Notes under the pieces: generated by a model
The model's database searches: none
What the model was told of the DNA's origin: nothing
The model's input: the letters and a program-made list of their open reading frames with translations, nothing else
Origin: Candidatus Marinacidobacterium sp.
GTDB lineage: Bacteria; Acidobacteriota; Vicinamibacteria; Marinacidobacterales; Marinacidobacteraceae
Length of the DNA: 64,000 nucleotides
Reading direction: 5' to 3'
NCBI GenBank assembly: GCA_965204755.1
Contig: OZ242011.1
Span: forward strand, 896,001 to 960,000
Shown here: positions 59,701 through 64,000 of the stretch, one piece after another
Numbering within the stretch: the stretch's first letter is position 1
Layout of the letters: each line of letters begins with the position of its first letter
Position numbers and translations under genes: made by a program

Positions 59701-62700
59701 AGGCGTAGTCGGCCTGGCGGGTGGCGGCGCCGACGGCGAGGGCGGCCCGCGGGGTCCCGGTAACCGTGGCCGCTTCGTGGAAGTCCACGGTTACGGTGAT
59801 CCGGTCGCCGGCGGTGAAGACGCCGTTCGCGCCGGTGCCGGTCCCGGAGAGCGAAACGCCGGTCACCCGGGGGCCGGAGAGGTCCTGGTAACTCCCCTGC
59901 ACCCGGAAGCGGAAGTCGTTCGTTACCGCGCGCGAGCCGAGGGAGAGGGTTTCGGCGGTGGCGGCGTTGCCGTCGGCGTCGGCGATGGTCCCGCCGTTCA
60001 GGGTGAGCGCCGATGCGCCGATGGAGATGCCGTCGGCGTCGGCGTCGCCGGCGGCGACGGTGTAGGTGAAGCGCAGGGTGGTCGTCCCGCTGCCGGAGGC
60101 GTAGGAGGCCTGGCGGGTGGCGGTCCCTATGGCGAGGGCCAACTGCGGGGTCCCGGTAACCGTCGCCGCCCGGTTGAACTCCACGGCGGCGGTGATCTCG
60201 TCGCCGGCGCGGAAGATGGCGCCGCCGGCGCCGCCGTTCCCCTGCCCGGAGAGCGAGACCCCGGTTACCGTCGGGCCGGAGACCGCCGCCGCGCCGCCGT
60301 CCACCAGCAGGGCGGGGTCGTCGGCGATCGCGTGGTCACCGAGGCCGAGGCTCGCGGCGCCGTCCTCGTCGGCGATGCTCCCGCCGTTCAGGGTCAGCGC
60401 CGAGGCGCCGACGGAGACGCCGTCGGTGTCGGTGTCGCCGGCGGCCACGGTGTAGCGGAAGACCAGGGTGGTCGTCCCGCTGCCGAGTGAGTAGGCCGCG
60501 TGGCGGGTGGCGCCGCCGACGGTGAGGGCGACCTGCGGGGTCCCGGTAACCGTTACCGGCTGGTCGAACGCCACCCGGACTTCGAGGGTGTCCCCGGCGA
60601 TGAAGGAACCGCTCGGCCCCCTCCCGGCCCCGGACACCGTTACCCCGGCCACGCTCGGCGGAGCGCCGTCCCCGTCCACCATGAGCGGCCCGTCGGTAAA
60701 CGCGTAGGCGGAGAGACTCAGGTTCGCCTTGACGCCGCCGGCGGTTTGGATCGTTCCGCCGTTCAACTCGAGGGCGGACGCCCCCATGCTGATGCCGTTC
60801 GCATCTTCGTCCTCCGCCTGCACCCGGTATTGGAAGTAGAGGATGGGTGCGGCGTAGGTGACGAAACTGGCGTAGCGGGTCGCGGTCCCGATACCCAGCG
60901 CCACTCGCGGCGTGCCGGTGACCACGACCGTTTGGGACGCAGACATCGAGATCTGGATACGGTTTCCGGCGATGGCGACTGCATTGCTGTGTTGGCCGTC
61001 GTAATTCGACACATGAATGTTGGTCATCGTCGGCCCGGCCGGCGCCGCGGCGCCGTCCACCGTGAAGCGGGGGTCGTCGGTGATCGCGTGGTTTCCGAGG
61101 TCGAGCGCCGCGTTGTGCGCCGCGGCCGAGGTATCCCGGATCGTCCCGCCGTTCAGCGCGAGCGCCGAAGCGCCGACGCTCACCCCGTTCGGGTCGGCGT
61201 CCCCGGTTGCCACGGTGTAGCGGAAGACCAGCGCGTTCGTGCCGCTGCCGGAGGCGTAGGCCGCCTGCCGGGTGTTCGCGCCGATCGCGAGCGCCGCCTG
61301 CGGGGTCCCGGTTACCGCCACCGGCTCGCTGAAGTCCACGGTTACCGCCAGGGAGTCCCCGGCGCGGAAGACGCCGCCGGCCCCGCTCGGCGACCCGGAG
61401 AGCGCCGCCCCGGTAACCGTCGCCCCGGTAACCGTCGGCGCGGTCTCGTCCGCCGCGCCGCCGTCCACGACGAAGGCCGGGTCGTCGGTGATCGCGTGAC
61501 CCGAAAGGTCGATCTCCGCCGCGCCGTCGGAGTCCCCGATCGTCCCCCCGTTCAGCGCCAGCGCCGAAGCGGAAACGGAGATGCCGTCGGCGTCGGAGTC
61601 GCCGGCGGCCACGGTGTAGCGGAACGCCAGCGTCGTCGTCCCGCTGCCCGAGGAGTACGGCGCCTGCCGGGTTCCGTCGCCGAGCCCGAGCGCCACCTGC
61701 GGCGCCCCGGTAACCGCCGCCGCCTGGTCGAACTCCACCCGGACCTCGACGGCGTCGCCGGCGATGAAGACCCCGTTCGCGCCCTGCCCGGTCCCCGCGA
61801 GGGACACGCCGACCACCTTCGGGACGCCGCCGTCCCCGTCCACGACGAAGGAGGAGTCGTCGGTGATCGCGTAACTGCCGAGGTCGAGCGCCGCGGCGCC
61901 TTCGGAGTCCCCGATACTCCCCCCGGCCAGCGTCAGCGCCGAAGCCCCGACGGAGACGCCGTCGGGGTCGGCGTCGGAGGCGGCCACCGTGTAGCGGAAC
62001 GCCAGCGTCGCCGTCCCGCTGCCGGAGGCGTAGTCCGCCTGCCGGGCGGTCGTCCCGACGGTGATCTCGACCTGCGGCGTCCCGCTCACCGTCGCCGGCT
62101 GGTCGAACTCCACCCGGACTTCGAGCGCGTCGCCGGCGACGAAGGCGCCGCCGGAACCGGTCCCGGTCCCCGCGAGCGTCACCCCGGCCACCCGCGGGGC
62201 GCCGCCGTCGCCGTCCACCGTGAAGTTCGGGTCGCCGGAGATCTCGTAACCGGAGAGGCCGAGCGCCGCGTTGCCGTCCGCGTCCCGGATGGCCCCCCCG
62301 TTCAGGGTCAGCGCCGCAGCCGGGACGCCCACCCCGTCGGAGTCGGCGTCGGAGGCGGCCACCGTGTAGCGGAACGCCAGCGTGGTCGTCCCGCTGCCGG
62401 AGGCGTAGTCCGCCTGCCGGGTCCGGGTCCCGACGGTGAGCGCGGCCTGCGGCGTCCCGATCACCGCCGCCGGCTGGTCGAACGACACCCGGACTTCGAT
62501 GGCGTCCCCGGCGATGAAGGCCCCGCCCGCGCCGGTCCCGCTCCCGGCGAGCGAGACCCCGGTTACCCGCGGCGGGCCGCCGTCCCCGTCCACCACCGCG
62601 TTGCCGTCGGTGATCGCGTAGCCGGAGAGGCTCAGGTCGGCGGCGACCCCGTTGGAGGAGATCGTCCCGCCGTTCGCCTCGAGCGCCGAGGCCCCGATGC

Positions 62701-63175
62701 TGAGGCCGTCCGCGTCCTCGTCCTCGACCACCACCCGGTAGGTGAACGCCAGCACCCCCGACCCCCGGTTCGCCGACCAGCCGGCGTACCGCGTCCGGCT
62801 CCCGATGCCGAGCGCCACCCGCGGCGCGCCGACCGCGGCCACCAGCGGGTCGTTGAACCGCACCCGCACCTCGATGTCGTCCCCCGCCACGAACACCCCG
62901 CCCGACCCGCTCCCGCTCCCCACCAGGTCCACCCCGCTCACCCGCGCCGGCGTCGCCTGCGCCGCCCCCGCGCGAGCGCCCGTTCCGGCCGTCCCGGCCG
63001 TCCCGGCGCCGGCGGACGAAACCGCCCCCGAAACCGCCCCCGAAGCCGCCCCCGAAACCCCCGCCGAAACGGCCAGCCCCAGGACGGCGCCGGCGAACGC
63101 CGACGCCCCCCGAAGTCCCCGGAGCCCCCGGAGCCCGAGGAGCCCGCGGACGGCCCCGAACATCGGCCCCGACAC
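1..63175 (-). CDS. Giant repetitive surface protein or adhesin (>21,000 aa, about 160 Ig-like repeats), 3'-truncated by the window edge and interrupted by three apparent 1-nt deletions
   Basis: The same ~128-aa repeat (PTVTGVSLSG..GGVFIAGD.IEVTVEFSEPVTVTGTPQLALTVG..TRQADYASGSGT..LVFRYTV..GD.D.DGISVGASAL.LNGGTI.D.AGN.A.L.LG.HA.....VDG) runs continuously through successive minus-strand frames (codon-start position mod 3 goes 1, 2, 0, 1). Each frame switch falls mid-repeat at a single missing base. There is a signal-peptide-like N-terminus and no stop before position 1. The Ig-like fold is inferred from the alternating beta-strand pattern and resemblance to bacterial Ig-like adhesin repeats. Confidence 0.88.
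2711..33225 (-). CDS. Giant adhesin segment 3 (about 79 repeats); ORF-track 2656..33282
   Basis: The 10,208-aa ORF has its true frame from APDLVPPEVV... to ...APRGANG, then goes out of frame (SSSPATP...). Confidence 0.88.
12925..13040 (-). repeat. In-frame 12-bp minisatellite (GGNA/GGVG units) inserted in one Ig repeat
   Basis: About 9 units of ggcgttcccgcc and variants, encoding EAGGNAGGVGGNGGGVAGNAGGVGGNAGGNAGGNAAGNAA. Confidence 0.85.
18770..22740 (-). repeat. Super-repeat block, copy B
   Basis: Collinear with 58330-62230. For example, cacccggaagcggaagtcg occurs near 20377 and near 59900, an offset of about 39.5 kb. Confidence 0.75.
33225..51755 (-). CDS. Giant adhesin segment 2 (about 48 repeats); the in-frame part of ORF-track 33102..57242
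   Basis: The ORF is Arg-rich nonsense until ...FAGL, then reads RYTVASGDADADG... as repeats up to ...DDPRLRVNGA, where the frame is lost again. Confidence 0.85.
51755..63175 (-). CDS. Giant adhesin segment 1 (signal peptide plus about 29 repeats); ORF-track 51620..63175
   Basis: The 3851-aa ORF reads as repeats until ...SGTTSLVF, then goes out of frame (ATPWPP...). Candidate starts are GTG at 63175 and ATG at 63163, or further upstream (see the leader feature). Confidence 0.85.
58330..62230 (-). repeat. Super-repeat block, copy A (about 10 Ig repeats)
   Basis: The order of diagnostic motifs matches block 18770-22740 (FDQP, DGDGG.P.V, AH.A, TTTLRFTY, DFRFRV.G..QDL.GPRV, SGTGTAD.G.FRAGD, GAATPNDAA). 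Confidence 0.75.
62955..63175 (-). other. Signal-peptide-like, low-complexity N-terminus with short in-frame tandem repeats
   Basis: MFGAVRGLLGLRGLRGLRGASAFAGAVLGLAVSAGVSGAASGAVSGAVSSAGAGTAGTAGTGARAGAAQA has a basic n-region, a hydrophobic h-region and several AxA sites. It includes 9-nt (GLR, AGT) and 12-nt (SGAV) repeats. Confidence 0.6.
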
Positions 63176-63308
63176 CGGACGGACCCCCGGCCCCCGCCCT
63201 ACCGGCGCGGGGCGGGGCGAACCCCCTCCCCGCGCCCTGCCCCGCGCGACCCCCTGCGCGATTCCCCGACCGACTCGCCGACCGGCGCCCCGCGCCGCCC
63301 GGCGCGCC

Positions 63309-63542
63309 CTACCGGATGATTTTCCGGGGGGGGGGGGGGGGGGGGGGGGTAGCCCTGTTACCCATCACCGGACGAAACCGCGCCCCCAAGACGACCGCCG
63401 CGACCGCCGCGACCGCCGCGCCGACCGCGCCGGGGCGCCGCCCCCCGCGAAGACCACCCCGCCCTCCCCGCGCCGCCCGGCGAGCCCTACCGGCAGTTTT
63501 TTCCGGGGGGGGGGGGGGGGGGGGGGCAGCCCTGAGCCTCAT
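63309..63542 (-). CDS. Leader ORF (77 aa, two poly-Pro runs); probably the out-of-frame 5' portion of the giant gene
   Basis: MRLRAA-P7-EKTAGRARRAARG...AVGAAVAAVAAVVLGARFRPV-MGNRAT-P7-RKIIR*. Removing one base from the second C tract fuses it in frame with the giant ORF. Confidence 0.5.
   Translation of the reverse strand: MRLRAAPPPPPPPEKTAGRARRAARGGRGGLRGGRRPGAVGAAVAAVAAVVLGARFRPVMGNRATPPPPPPPRKIIR
63326..63349. repeat. G24 homopolymer (C24 on the coding strand), candidate phase-variation tract
   Basis: 24 consecutive G, beginning 16 nt downstream of the ATG at 63365 on the minus strand. Confidence 0.85.
63505..63526. repeat. G22 homopolymer (C22 on the coding strand), candidate phase-variation tract
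   Basis: 22 consecutive G, beginning 16 nt downstream of the ATG at 63542 on the minus strand, with the same flanks as the G24 tract (tttcc[G]n(t/c)agccctg). Confidence 0.85.
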
Positions 63543-63816
63543 CGCAAGGCGAAGACGCGCGGCGCGTGGTCATGTGCGGCAGGTATCGGAAAACGCCCGC
63601 CCGCGCCGCCGCGCGGCCTTTCCCCGGCCCGACCCCGACGCGCCGGCGGGCGAGCCGCCCAAAATACCGGAATCCCCCCCGAATTTCCACCCCTAACCCC
63701 CGCGGCCCCTCCCCCGCCCCGAGGAGAGCGCCCTCTCCGGGCCCTGCCGCGAATCGCCGCGCGATTCCCCCCGCCGTCTTTCGCCGGAAGGGGGACACCC
63801 CTCCCCGCGCGCCTCC

Positions 63817-63838
63817 CGGCGACCCTCCCCGGTCGCCG
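63817..63838 (-). terminator. GC-rich hairpin directly after the upstream gene's stop codon (possible terminator or stabiliser; no U-tract)
   Basis: cggcgacc-ctcccc-ggtcgccg forms a perfect 8-bp stem with a 6-nt loop, adjacent to the TAG at 63841-63839. Confidence 0.3.
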
Positions 63839-64000
63839 CTACCCGCCGACGGACGCTCCCCCGATGTTCTCGTTGTCGCCGTCGTCCTCCGGCGGCGGCG
63901 CGTTCTCCAGGATGAAGTCCATCAGGCTGGGAATCCCCGGCTCCCAACTCAGCGTCCCCCGCGCCTGCCAAACGAACCCGAGACGCTCCAGCGCCTCCGC
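63839..64000 (-). CDS. 3' end of an upstream gene; probable AAA/P-loop ATP-binding protein C-terminus (partial)
   Basis: The frame is open from the window edge: AEALERLGFVWQARGTLSWEPGIPSLMDFILENAPPPEDDGDNENIGGASVGG*. The composition is protein-like. The LG(F/Y)VW...WEPGIPSLMD motif resembles C-termini I recall from AAA-family ATPases, but that assignment is from memory and unverified. Confidence 0.6.
   Translation of the reverse strand, partial: AEALERLGFVWQARGTLSWEPGIPSLMDFILENAPPPEDDGDNENIGGASVGG

Larger units (their letters stand above)
1..62950 (-). repeat. Tandem array of about 160 diverged ~387-bp coding repeats
   Basis: Landmark strings (gtagcggaagacc, cccgccgttcag, ccggtaaccgttaccgg, ggcgatgaagac) recur about every 385-390 nt across the window. 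The count is estimated as length divided by period. Confidence 0.92.

Noticed and set aside
270-62621. More than a hundred ~60-160-aa plus-strand ORFs with ~387-nt periodicity (MAAPT...GVPVTVTGS...)
   Set aside because: Second antisense frame of each repeat. They mostly end at the TAG complementary to the conserved CGC TAC (RY) codons and are not a gene array.
1-62950. CRISPR-like or REP-like regularly spaced palindromes
   Set aside because: The ~387-nt period is far too long, the intervening sequence is itself homologous coding repeat, and no cas genes are present.
1-63175. Calling the locus a decayed pseudogene, or invoking programmed ribosomal frameshifting
   Set aside because: There are only three 1-nt deletions in 63 kb, no in-frame stops, intact motifs, and no slippery heptamers at the breaks. 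Sequencing error or very recent slippage is more parsimonious.
63580-63700. Possible promoter in the AT-richer intergenic patch
   Set aside because: I could not identify a convincing -35/-10 pair with correct spacing, or a Shine-Dalgarno sequence.
63316-63971. Short ORFs 63316..63696 (+), 63487..63798 (-) and 63693..63971 (-)
   Set aside because: Low-complexity products read through the homopolymers or off-frame from the upstream gene's 3' end, with no coding signal.

Overview
Almost the whole window (about 1-63,175, minus strand, roughly 75% GC) is one giant gene for a secreted or surface protein made of about 160 tandem ~128-aa (~387-nt) Ig-like beta-sandwich repeats, most carrying a DxDxDG-type motif. 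The ORF track splits it into pieces, but each break is a single missing base in a short G/C run inside an otherwise intact repeat (near 51755, 33225 and 2711). Restoring these three bases gives one frame of more than 21,000 aa that runs off the left edge without a stop. The 5' end has an unusual tandemly duplicated leader: two ATG-(poly-C 22 and 24)-GRARRAARG units in series. The second unit is currently one base out of frame with the giant ORF, which suggests a double slipped-strand phase-variation switch. Inside the gene there is a ~4-kb collinear super-repeat, a second periodic Trp-containing repeat class, lower-GC divergent modules, and strong context-dependent codon choice that removes AGCT, ACGT and GTSAC through C-to-T changes. 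The right edge holds the 3' end of an upstream gene, probably an ATPase-like protein. The giant plus-strand ORFs are antisense shadows. I saw no RNA genes, CRISPR arrays or mobile elements.
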